DNA of 64,000 nucleotides from Octopus sinensis (taxonomy: Eukaryota). The stretch is from the NCBI RefSeq assembly GCF_006345805.1, contig NC_043017.1, positions 14,756,001-14,820,000 on the forward strand. Direction: 5' to 3'. Below are positions 52,002 through 64,000 of this stretch, piece by piece. Position 1 is the first letter of the stretch, and every line of letters starts with the position of its first letter. Under the pieces are notes generated by a model. The model had not been told where the DNA came from. It made no database searches and saw only the letters and a program-made list of their open reading frames with translations. The position numbers were made by a program, and so were the translations under genes.

Positions 52002-52292
52002 TTATTTATGGAAGATGCGGCTCATTGTCACACAGCTAAAATGACCTGAGATTTGTTGGATTGAGAATGGCATTAAAAAGCTTCCATGGTCAAGCTAGTG
52101 ACCAGATATGAACCCTATTGAACACCTCTGGGACATAATGGTACTTCATATAAAGAACCAGAAAGCATCTTCAAAGCCAGATCTTTTGAGCTCTTTTGAA
52201 ATTTGGCAAGAAAATATTCGTCATCTAATCGGTATCATGTCTAATAGGGTTTGTGCATTGGAAAATGCAAAGGGCATGTCTACTACATGGCA
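52002..52292 (+). pseudogene. Tc1-family DD34E transposase C-terminal fragment
   Basis: Translation with stops and frameshifts: FMEDAAHCHTAKM...ENGIKKLPWSS**PDMNPIEHLWDIM...KPDL...W...IRHLIGIMSNRVCALENAKGMST. This matches the Tc1 QQDNAP-H and WPxxSPDLNPIExLW motifs. Confidence 0.85.
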
Positions 52293-52383
52293 AATATTCA
52301 CATTACAACAAATAATTTGAATGCATAATTTCAGGTTTAAATAAATTTTAATGATTATAAGTGTGTCTAATTCTATCGTGTCT

Positions 52384-52437
<54 letters not shown>

Positions 52438-52652
52438 ACACATATATATATAAAATATATATATCATATATATATATTATAAATGTATGAAGAAAATTAT
52501 ACGATATGCAGTTTTTATCATTTGTTGCTTACTTACGTTTCAGCATTATGTGTATTAACATCTACAGCGGATGTAATGTGAAATTTGGCTACAAATCTAT
52601 AACAGTTCTTTAGGGAAAACACTTTATTACATTATAGTAACAGAAAACAAAA

Positions 52653-52689
<37 letters not shown>

Positions 52690-53181
52690 TATGTTGGATG
52701 ATCCAGCGGTTCGTTATACTCTGATATGTTTCCTGTTATTCAGCCAGTTTCCATAATTATCGGTTTTTTTCGGGGTCGGATATCAATTAAATTGAACTCC
52801 ATTTTTCAATAACAAGAGGGAGGCATATATTTATATATACATACACACACACGCACACACACATACACAAACACACACACACACACACACATATATATAG
52901 CACACATATATATACACACACATATAACACATAGATATACACATATATCTAGATTGTGCTTCCGGTATATCAGATTTATGTATATATAGATAATATTTAC
53001 AGGTTATGATATTTATGTATACCTCGTTTACATGTGTATCTACACCGTAAGAATAATTTATATTCAAGTACACACACACATACACATTGTCTGTTTGTGT
53101 GTGTGTGTGTGTGTGTGTGAATGTGTACAGACTGTTTACGGTACATAATATCTATAGACCATGTTTAGTAAATGGAGAGAG

Positions 53182-53240
<59 letters not shown>

Positions 53241-54643
53241 GAGAGAGAATAGAATCAGACACAAACTGACACCTTATGTTACACTATAAACAGGATCCAT
53301 GCTATAATAATGTTCGGTTCGTTCTGTGTGTTGAGAGAAAGTGGGCCAAACGGATGTTTAGATTGCGGCTTGGTTAACTTGATTTTCGATTTGCTGTTAA
53401 ACCTGTCAATCGATTCGATAACCGTGGAGTTAAATGTAGCAAAGGGAAAATTGTTGTTAAAGCCTTGGGTTGAATTGCGAGTGCAGGTATGTGTTTGGAG
53501 GAAGGAGCTCACTTCGCAACATTATGGTTTCTGGTTCGATTCTACTGCACACCGTTATGGGACTGTGTCTCCTGCCTTAACCTTGTGAGTCGATCCAGCC
53601 AATCTGCTAATCGGAAACGGTTCCTTGTGGATTTTCATCGGATACACCCATCACCTGGTTGATATTATTTAATCCGTCTCGCAGCTGTTGTTCTTTAACC
53701 CCGAGTGAACGGTGCATGAGTAGGTACATAATCAAACTGCATTCCAGACATGACCAACTGTACTTTGTTTTTTCAGGCATCGAAGACTGCATTATCCTTG
53801 GCTGCGTGGTTAACACACTCATTTCGCAACTAAATACTTTCGTGCTGAATCCCACTATCTTGCGCAGTTATCTTCTGGGGTCAACTAAAGAGACCTGAAT
53901 GAAACTTGGTCGGCAGATTCTGCATGGCAGATTGTTAGAGTGAACGTTCACACTATTGGATGAAAGGAATAATGTGTCATTTGGTTTAACTGCACAAAAT
54001 GGCCGCCGATGGGGCATTTAGTGACTTTAGCGTAGTCCACGGTTGTTTCCTAGTTTAATTCCACTACTTGAACCTTGGGTGTCTCCAGTGGGATCCACAC
54101 TAGTCTCTCAGTTGATGACAACTTCCTCTCAGCTGACAACATTTTCCTCAATACTCAACAGTGTCAGAAATCCTGAAAAGCAGCATAATAATTTCACAGG
54201 CAACGCTTCTCATATAAGCCTCAGACCTGGTATTTGCTCGGGCGAGGGGGGATTATGTAGACCCCAGTACTTCACTGGTATTGAGGGATGAAAGGCAAAT
54301 TGATCTCAGTGGGATTTGAATTCAGAACGTAAAGGGACAGAAGAGATACTGTAAGCCCCTTGTTTAGCCTCTTGTGGGCAATAAAGAAATAAGAAGGGAT
54401 GCTGTAAGGCATCATTTCTGACATCCTACCGCTTCGATCGGTCCACTGCCTTTGACTAGGTTTTGAAATTAAAAACAGCAACGTTTGAAAGGATTTAGTC
54501 AACCCTATGGACCCCAGAACATATTTCCCTGCGTCTGATGAACCTTTTATCGATCTCTTCCATCTCGTTACTTAGCATCTTGAGTCACGTTTTCAGGCGG
54601 TTTACGTGCAACAATAGACACGGAGACACGCACATTACATAAG

Positions 54644-54674
<31 letters not shown>

Positions 54675-55317
54675 GGTGTGCATCTTTTACTAACCAACGC
54701 AAATCATAAGAGAAACACTGGCGTAGAAACTGAAAATAGTTTTGCTTTAGGAACAAAGACTCCAGTTATTTCTTCAGCCCTGACTTCCGAACTTTGAGTC
54801 ATCTCCCATGTCATCAGCAATACAATGACCCAGCCGCTTGACCTCTTAAATATAGAAATGACACAAACCTACCCGTGGAACAGCTTTTTGGGAAGAAGCA
54901 TAAATAGTTTCATAAACATTGTGTCAGCCTAAAGTGTAATCTCGTGCACGAGACTTGTTACGTTCTACAGAAGTGAACAACTTTGTAATTGGGCTGAAGG
55001 CCATTCTTAGATTCTGAGAGGAATTAAAATATTCTTGCCATAGATTGACTCGAGGCATTGCAAGAAACATTTTCGAAGGTCAAAATTCCGGTTACTGATT
55101 GACATTAATACTACAGCTACTGTAAAAAGCTGGATTCGAATGATGATCAATAAATTCCACTGTAGCTGTTATCTTTTATCTTTTGTTAGTTTCAGTCACT
55201 GGATTGCGGCCATGCTAGGGCAACCTCATTCTTTATGTTCTGTAGATGCCAAGCGAATAGCTTAACTGTGAGCCATGCTAGCGCGTGTGTACATTATAAT
55301 AAATATTTCAGAGTCGT

Positions 55318-55540
55318 GAGGTAGCGAGCTGGCAAAATCGTTACCGTGCCGGGCAAAATACTTAGCTACACTACATCTCGTCCGCCTTTACTTTCTGAGT
55401 TCAAATTCCGTCGAGGTCGCCTTTGGCTCTCATCCTTTCGAGGCTAATCAAATAAGTACCAACTGAGAACTGGTGTCGATGTAAGCGACTTAGCCGCTCC
55501 CTCGAAATTGCCGGCCTTGTACCAAAAATTTCAAACCAAT
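55318..55540 (+). mobile_element. tRNA-derived SINE, near full length
   Basis: GAGGTAGCGAGCTGGCAAAATCG...GAGTTCAAATTCC...aaataagtaccaactgag...ggccttgtaccaaaaatttcaaac. Confidence 0.8.
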
Positions 55541-56480
55541 ATTTCTAAACTGTACATTATTAGAAACTGATTAGAATGTGTTGGTTCCTGATGCTGTTTG
55601 TTGAGAAAAAGTAACAAAATTCCTTACTCAAAGAATTTCTACAGACAATTATATTTCGAAAATGGATTTTAAGTTACTTTAACTTCTCCGTTATTAGGTT
55701 TTACCGTTGTCAGCAAAAAGTAAGAGACTTTAATTATTAACAAAACAATATTTTCAGGGAAAATATAGTTTTTTAATAACAATAATTTAATTTTGCTATT
55801 CCTAACTCTGACTGTACTATTTAGCTGTTCTCGGCGGAATCGCAGGTTTATAAAATATTTAAGTGTCTAAAAACAGATGTATTTTCGTAGCAAAACATTG
55901 AAATTAGATGGAGGAGGGAATGCTTTTTAATAACTTCTTCTAAGGAAGGAAGGACCAACACCGTGGCCACTTATATATATATATAAGCAATGTACCCCGG
56001 CGTTGCCCGGGTGTTATACCCTACAGTCACATCATATTATTTGTTCCTTTTTTATGGGCAGAATCGGCACACGAGCAGTAGGAGGCAAACAACTCGTCTT
56101 CTTAAACAAGTTTTTCAGTCATTTTCTCATGAACAACGCTGCAGTTTTCGTCCACCAAATTCAGTCACAAATCTGGCCTAGAGCTATAGTAGAAAATACT
56201 TGCCCAAGCTACCGGGCAGAGGGACTGAACGTAGAACTGTGTGGTTGGGAACGAAACGGCTCAACCACACAGTCATTCTTTCTACACATTTCGATCGAAT
56301 CTCCAACGAGTTTACACGGCACCTCCTAACGAAAATGTAAACTTCATATAATCAAGGTATCCTTGGCCAGAAGAGTACCTTGCAGTCTACCACTCGTTTT
56401 GATAATTTACTACATCCGAGGTACCGTTATCTATGAAACATATAGTAACCTCGATTATAGCACTCTATTCCCTAATTTTT

Positions 56481-56532
<52 letters not shown>

Positions 56533-57037
56533 AGGGCCAGCATTATTACTTGTTGGCCATGCCTAAAGGAATCCCTGCATAAATTATTACATAAGCTTAT
56601 ACAATTACTTAATAAGCAGTGCGACGCATTCTCCATCCGCATACACACATTTTTGAAATCCTTGAAATTTTTCCATAGGTCTAAGTGGATGCTTATTCGC
56701 ATATACAACAACCCCTGTTGCCAACGGTGAGCTGTAAAGTTAACATTTTTTTTTCGTACTTCGATGCAGGGAAAATTCACACCCTTCCGCCTCAACAAAC
56801 CACTTTTGTTCCTCAAAGTTGTTTTTTTTAAATATCTTCTACGGATCGTTTGAAATTCACAAACTTCCTACACCTTGATCCCTGGATCTTACCTTTATAT
56901 AACTATATCTATACACATGATACACATGCATATATTATATATATATATATATACATATATATACACATATACACACACACGTGCATACATTATATTTATG
57001 AGTCATGTATTAGTTGTGAGTCATGTAGTGGGGGTAG

Positions 57038-57082
<45 letters not shown>

Positions 57083-57090
57083 TTAGTTAT

Positions 57091-57240
57091 TACAGCTGAT
57101 AAACCTTTATCACAAATACTTAGGACCGGAAGTGTTTCAGGTTTCACATTTTCTCAAATTACGGAATGATCGTATATTTACCTTTATGAAATAAGACAGT
57201 TAGGGGATGGGACCCAAATAAAAGCATATTTTCATTTCCT
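57091..57240 (+). mobile_element. pogo/Tigger-like DNA transposon end
   Basis: TA|CAG start, then cttaggaccggaagtgtttcaggtttc...taggggatgggacccaa. It resembles my recollection of the Tigger4/Zombi terminus; this was not searched. Confidence 0.5.
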
Positions 57241-59059
57241 AATACAGCTTAGAGCGTGACAGAAGTTTTATATTAATTTGGCGCTCATCCACTTTCGCAT
57301 AACAACTAACAACTTCTCTTAGCAATTTTGCTTTGGTTAGAAGCAAAACGATTTCACATTCCATTTCCATGTCACCAACATAAAACAAAATACTTTTGTC
57401 CTATGCTCACCTACAACATCCATTTTTTTTATTAATCGTTCCAACCGCAGAAATTTTTCATTTGTGTTGCTTCTCTCATTCTTTCACTTATATATATATG
57501 TATTTATGTATGTATGTATGATTGTGTGTATGTATGTATGTATGTATGTGTGTATGTATGTATGTATGTGTGTATGTGTGTATGTGTGTATGTATGTATG
57601 TATGTATGTGTGTGTGTATGTATGTATGTATGTATGTATGTATGCATGTATGTATGTACAATGCTTAATGTCGAGCGAATGAGAATTTAGTGCTCAATAC
57701 ACGTCGAGAATATGTAATTTTTTAAAGTTAAAACTGAAGCCTGGAGTTTGATTCGGATGGCGATGATTACATACGTATACACATGCAGTGACTGCTGTGG
57801 AGGTATGCCTTAAGAGCCATACCTCCACAGGTATGTGGAGGTATGGCTCAATGTTTGTACGGTTGTGGACAGTGCTCAACACATGAAGACACTAGGCTGT
57901 GGTGTAATCGTAAGTGAAAAATTTAATCTACACTTAAAAAATTGAAAAGGGTTCCTTCTTTCCTGAAGGGCTTCCATGTAGTTTCCTTCTCGCAAATAAT
58001 GTTCCAAATGCTTCGGTAGACCCGAAGCTGGTACAGCTGTTAAAGGTGCTGCGGCATGTTAGGATCGATCTCGAAATCATACTGTTGCAAAGTGCACTGC
58101 TTAACCACACATTTATTTCTCTCCTGTGCAGTTTGAAAATTTTGAAACAATAGAAAACTGGTGGCTTCCACTTCACATTTGCCAAATATGGTAAGAACCT
58201 ACCTGTAATGGTGATGAAGGAGAAAACATCTGCAATTCTAAGGATATTTTATTATATTCTGTCTACTTTGAACCACGTGACTCTTACATAATGTGTCCAG
58301 TTTGATTTAATCATTCGTTTTCAGTGTCTTCAGGGCAAATAACATTAGAGACAGAAATGATTTTACTTACACCAAACAGTAACATTCTTTTACTTGGTTT
58401 TAAAAATGTTTTTCTAAACAGAATCCGTCGACTTGTGCCGAGGACGGGGACGAAAGTGTCACATATTCCATTAATTAAAATGAGAGACAAAGAGAGAAAG
58501 AAAAACAGAGAGGGAGAGAAAGAAAAAGAGAGTGAATGTGTGTGTGTGTGTGTGTGTGGTATTAAGTGTCCATGTCTCTCATTGTTGATAATACCTGGCG
58601 TCGCTAAGCATAACGGTAGACGACACAGAGAACAATCATTTATTCCAATCAGCGTCAGTTTTGTGGGGTTCATAAACGAGAGTTTCAAATTTTGACCCAA
58701 TGCCAGCAGTTTCTGGGAAGGGGACAGCATTGATTATATGGAGTCCAGTGTTCAACTGGAACTTATTTTATCGACCCAGAATGGGTAAAAAGCAAAGTGG
58801 ACTACGGCAGAATTTGAACTCTGTTGACTTATAAAATAATACTTGATTAATATAGAAATCTATATTTCATATGGTGTTTTCGTTGAACTTAATAATTTAT
58901 TACTTTCGCAATTTAACTTATTTTTGAAAGAATTTTATGAATTTGGATTCGAGCGTCAGTGGTAGGGAGAAGGAGACTGGCGCTTCAGGTTTGACTCTTT
59001 GTCTTGAAGGGAATCGAGAGAAAAAGACGGAAGGATAGAAAAGAAGATAGAAATAGAGA

Positions 59060-59215
59060 AATAGGTAGGTAGAGTGAGAGAGAGAGTGAAAGTGAGAGAG
59101 AGAGTGAGAGAGAGAGAGAGAGACTGAGAGAGTGAGAGTGAGAGTGAGAGAGAGAGTGAGAGAGAGAGAGAGAGTGAGAGAGAGAGAGACTGAGAGAGAG
59201 TGAGTGAGAGAGAAA
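59060..59215. repeat. (GA)n/(GAGAGT)n purine-rich tract
   Basis: Directly visible. Confidence 0.92.
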
Positions 59216-60006
59216 GCACGGTTTCGACTGTTCGCACTCTACCTTTTCTTCAAGCAAATACTGAGAGGAATTGAATCATGCGCTGAGAGAATATTTCGAT
59301 AAATTCAACAAAAGAATCAAGTCTCATTATAAGTATTCAGGCTTTAGCGGTAAGCTTCAGTTCGCCTTAAAGGAACTGCTTAGAAAAGCAGAGTCGTTTT
59401 TAATAATCTGATTTTAGCTGAAAGCCATTAAGTGAAATCTCGCCTGGTTATCGTCAGACGATAATCAACGCAACTTCTCAATCGTCTGCCTGCGAGACAG
59501 AAATGGAAGCCCTGATATATTTGTAGATGATCAAGTTTAATAATGTTTATAAATATTCATGAGTTGTTAACTGATGCGTATTTTGTAAATATTTAAAAAT
59601 CACAAATTTACATAAGAAAAATATTAAATTTATAATTATTTCTCTAACAATTTGTAATTGAAATTTACTCTCGTTTCCAAATGATTATTGAAACGAGATT
59701 TAGGAGGAAAAAAATTAGAGTTTAAAGAATGGTAAGGGGCAAAAATGAGTGTGAGAAAGATTCTGAATATTTTATTGGAGTTGATATATTTGACTAAGCA
59801 GGCAGTTCTGTTTGGGAACCAGGACCGAGTGTACGAAAATAAATCCTCCTCTGTGAAGTATACATTTCGGATGAAATTGTCCATCACTTTCAGGAGTCTT
59901 ACAATCCATCAATGTCTACAACAAGAGCAACAATAATAAGGTATATCGTTATCCCCGTGCATGCATCTTGTCAGAATCAAGTTCATTCGGCTAGTCTATA
60001 TACTAG

Positions 60007-60220
60007 TTTCAAATTTTGGCACAAAGCCAGCAATTTCGAGTGAGGTAACAAGTTGATTACATCTACCCCAGTGCATAACTAGTACTTATTTATATCCACC
60101 CCGAAAGGATGAAAAGGAAAAGTTGGCCTTGGCGGAATTTGAAGTCAGAACGAAAAGACGGATGCAATGCCGCTAAACATTTTGCTCGGCGTGCTATAGA
60201 TTCTGCCATCTAGCGGCCTT
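60007..60220 (-). mobile_element. tRNA-derived SINE
   Basis: Reverse complement of the 55318 family. Further partial minus copies lie at ~54230-54400, ~58690-58820 and ~62620-62750. Confidence 0.8.
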
Positions 60221-63200
60221 AGTCTAAATATTGGTGATAATTATGATCAGGAAAAAAGAAAAACGGTTTTGCTTTACATCGGCAAACGCAACATCCATCC
60301 AAGTCCGTCGTAACAACCACTATATTCTGTCAGCCATTGTATTTACTGCGGTGTACTCTCTCCTGCTATCAACTTGTATCTGCCCAACTAATTCTTTATT
60401 GTACTCTGTTCTAGGACTTAACTCCTTATATTGCTTCTTTCTGAAGACAATATCTGAATCAAGTTTTTGGACAGTAAATCAATTCGTTGTAAATTGTGTG
60501 TTAGGTTTTTTGCCAGTGATAAAAACGGAATTTCGGTCAGCTAACTGAGGTCTTCCCCTCTCTAATTGATGATTAGGTTTACTCGCCCTCAAATAAATTC
60601 TAATGTGACAGTTATATGATCACAGACATTCAATCCGTGACTATCCCGCCTCTTTGATTTATAATAGTACAGGCTTTGGGGCTAGCTACCTTATCTCGCT
60701 GAGTCACCACTGAGATGTCTTCTCGCTAGTGAAGAATATTTACAGAACTTGCATTAAGTTAGTGCTTATTGATACAAATGAATCGATATCAATTGGTATA
60801 ATAAAAATGACGTCAGCGAAAGATGTGCTCCGATTGGTCGAATGTATTAATCGATCTATGTATATAATTTTGTTTACATTAGAGCACATTGTCGTCAGTC
60901 TTCGATCGCAAATGATTGGTGTTGCTGATTTATTAGTTGCTGTTTAGCCCAAGGTGAGTGTCGATTGACCTAATTTATGACCAAATGGCTTTCCTCTCAT
61001 AATCAACAGTCCTTCTTCCTGACCTCTGCGACTGCATTATCCATGGCGGTTCGTTTCATGACTATTTGGTTTCGGTGTTCAATGTTACCGTTGGGCATCT
61101 TAGGCAAACTTCATCACTCACAGCCTCCACGGACGAGCAAAAGCTTATGAGAAGGATTTGGTAGTTGTAAACCACAAAAACCCGTCGGTGTGGGGAACAT
61201 TTCTGGTTTCGGGTGCCTGGTTCGAAAGGTTTAACCCCAGCTACTTGCTGAAGACTTTAAGGACTTCAGCAGAGTTTACCTTATAGTAAATAATTAGGCC
61301 AGGTCTTTTATTTAACCCCAAACTCCCTCCCTCTCTTCTCTCGACGTGAGCAATCTTCTTTCGACTATGACTAAAGCATTAAAACGACTAAGATATGTAA
61401 CGTTTGCCTGCTATTTCTAGCATGAAGAAAATCCATCTTCATTACGACCCTGTGAGAATAGAGAGTGAATGGCTGCACTGTTTGCCCAACTGTTACAAAA
61501 ACAAGTGACTCACATTAAATAAATAGCTTTATTTTATTGGCTGAAATGTTAATGACGTCAGACATTAGGCACAATAATACATAACAACATCTGTTCTAAT
61601 TTCTGTGGACAACATTTTATTACATCCATTGTTGTTCAGACTGATATAAGCAAAGTCTTTGTATTCAGCCAAACACAAGACTTGAAAGATATTCCGACAG
61701 CTGCAAACGCTTGCTTTCCTTATTTTCTTTCATTCTCTTTATCTATTCTTTCCTTGTGGAAATCTAAGATCGTAATCAATCTACTAATCTATCAACTTTA
61801 ATTTGATCATCGCATTTACCATTGTTTATGTCAGTTTTTCATGTAGCATTGTTTTATTTTCTAAGACAACCTCCACCGTTTACAATACATCCACATTACG
61901 TAAGAATCTCTGCATTCATATTGTCTTTCAAAGCAACACGATTTCATCGAAGAGATATTAACGAGAAGGCAGTGAGCAGCTAGGATCTTTGGAGCGCCGA
62001 CCGGATTGTCTTGCGTTGTCAGTTCCGTCTCTCGACGCTTGGAATTCAGGTTCCATAGGGATTAACATAGCAGTTCATTCTTCTGAGTGCAGCAAATTAA
62101 ATACCAAATACTGGGAATCATAAATCATTGTCTGTCTGCTTGACAGGATGAGACAGGAGAGGAGCAGGGGTAAAACTGACATGTTACTTAAACCGTCATA
62201 TGTATAAAAAGCGAGAAGCTTATGAGTAGTCGTTCCCATTGCTAGAAAGAGCTGTCAAATCAAATTTCAAACAATAACGCCTTACCGTTGACTAATATAG
62301 ATTTTTATTTATTAGAAAGATGGGATGGTCACGACTGGGAAACTTTAAGCACAGAACTGCTACACCAGGATCTATCGAGGCTAAAGGACAGCAAAATGTC
62401 TCTACGTGGTCACTCATCTTGCTAAAAATAGAACCTAAATCTTCGCATTTCACACTGCCTTCTTACGTATGAAATTATCATCATCATGTGACACTTTGTC
62501 AGAGATTACATTCTTCCTCTGCGATAGAGTGGCAATGGCTTTCTTGGAGTAAATGACTACTGTGTGTGATCTTTCACATCCTTTCTTCTCGCAAAGAAGA
62601 AGAGGATTCTATTCTAGCACTCGTTCTTTATTTTATGGATCTCTGAAGGATAAAGGTAAAGTTGACCTTAACATCATTTGAACTCAGAACGCAAATTACC
62701 GGAACAATTACTTCAAGTAATTTGCCCAACATTCTAATGAGTCTACCGACTACTAAAACTTCTTGTTTCGAAAGAAACATCATTGGTTGAGGTCTTCGTT
62801 GTTTGGAGTGGCCATGGTTCTGCGCGAGAATGGCCAAGCCCAGGTAAGGTAGGGAGTTTTGTGGAAGATTAGCAGTTAGCCACTCGTGATAATCCACCAC
62901 CGTCTCCAAACCAACGATGTTGTCGAAGGAAAAGGTCAATAACTTAAGACCTGTAAAGTCAGGACCAGTATGGTCTCAGATGTTGTTCTCAGAACTTTAA
63001 CAGTAAGGCCAAACTGGTAGCCTGTCCAACTACTGCAGATTCTGCGAATCCATCGACCCAGATTCATCTATTTTAAGCCCTAATTTCTGCTGAGGAAATA
63101 AACGGTAAAGTTACTACAAAAGGTTCTGAATAAATTCAACAGTTTAAATAACACTGCAAATGCCCCGGGGGCTGTCGCGGCCGTGTGAGATCGGTACCCT

Positions 63201-63749
63201 TCGAAAGCTACGCAGTTTTCAGTCATTGACACTGCCTTTCTTCTTCTGATTAAATAAAGAGGATGATCTGATTAAAAATCAAACGTAAAACAGAGTCTGT
63301 GTAACGTAGTAATCTGGTTTCTAACGGTTTCTCCAAATGACATTGCTTTCCTCCATTCACAAACTGAAGGCGAAAAACGTGGTGGCACCGCGGGTTGAAC
63401 GATTGTTTTGTTTTATCATTTTTGGTTTCTTGATGTAGGAGAAAGAGAACGACAGAGGAAGAGAGAAGAAATCAGTCAGATTGTTACTTTATCGGCCTCG
63501 AAGAGATAAAATGTAAAGAGAGCCTTGTTGGATTTGAAACTACAGCGTAGCGAACAGGAACAAATATCTGAAGGTTTTTCTACTCGATACTCTAACGACT
63601 CCTCGAATTCGTTGCAATTTCTTTTTCTTCTTTATTTAGAGGGATGTATTATTATCATAGTACTCCCTGATTGTTTAATAAAGACTGAATTGGGAGGAAG
63701 AAATCAATGACTATTTTATTGGTTGCAGTCATGCACGCGCACAATGTAT

Positions 63750-63900
63750 TTATATAAAATTGGCACTTTGTCGGTTACGACGACGAGTGTTCCAGCTCGC
63801 TCGTGTAATTAACATGCATGTGGCTGGGGGCTTCACAAACATACTTTTAACTTAGTTCTCAGAGAGGACTCCAAAGTTACTGGACAGCACCAGGCTACAG
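63750..63900 (+). mobile_element. Decayed interspersed retroposon fragment
   Basis: ttggcactttgtcggttacgacgacgagtgttccag...gtaattaacatgcatgtggctg resembles a recurrent octopus repeat from memory. Confidence 0.45.
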
Positions 63901-64000
63901 ACTACTGTAGTTGGCTACTGTTCAGTAATATTGGAAAGAAACCAGAATTACCTGGTTCCAAAGTGAACGTCTTAACTCTATACCGATGCCTGCAGCTAGA

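Noticed and set aside
55985-56015. Second Helitron 3' end (cccgg-cgttg-cccggg hairpin)
   Set aside because: The CTAG terminus is degenerate and I found no matching 5' end.
60729-60956. GPCR TM2-like ADLLVAV followed by a GTGAGT donor
   Set aside because: It hits an immediate stop, and the sequence resembles a retroposon tail (gttgctgtttagccc).

Overview
AT-rich eukaryotic DNA that appears to be almost entirely non-coding. The SINE, microsatellite and LINE repertoire looks like an octopus (coleoid cephalopod) genome; this is inferred from recalled repeat families, not from a search. I cannot identify an intact protein-coding gene, and most ORFs in the supplied track are translations of (TA)n, (CA)n, (TATG)n or (GA)n repeats. 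Supported content: many tRNA-derived SINE copies; a decayed Penelope-like element (PLE) with a GIY-YIG endonuclease; two decayed RLE-type (R4/Dong-like) LINEs sitting in or beside microsatellites; a CR1-type RT fragment; a Tc1 transposase fragment; a Tigger-like end; and a complete ~1.9-kb non-autonomous Helitron carrying a 4x145-bp array and a LINE-ORF1-like fragment. There are also several long inverted or permuted repeats and one 100-N gap. The most notable signal is a set of hammerhead-ribozyme-like folds in small repeats, two of which share a CCGAUGA core variant. A few isolated, well-formed splice units (candidate exons and AG|GT recursive-splice-like sites) suggest the window may lie in long introns, but this is unproven.
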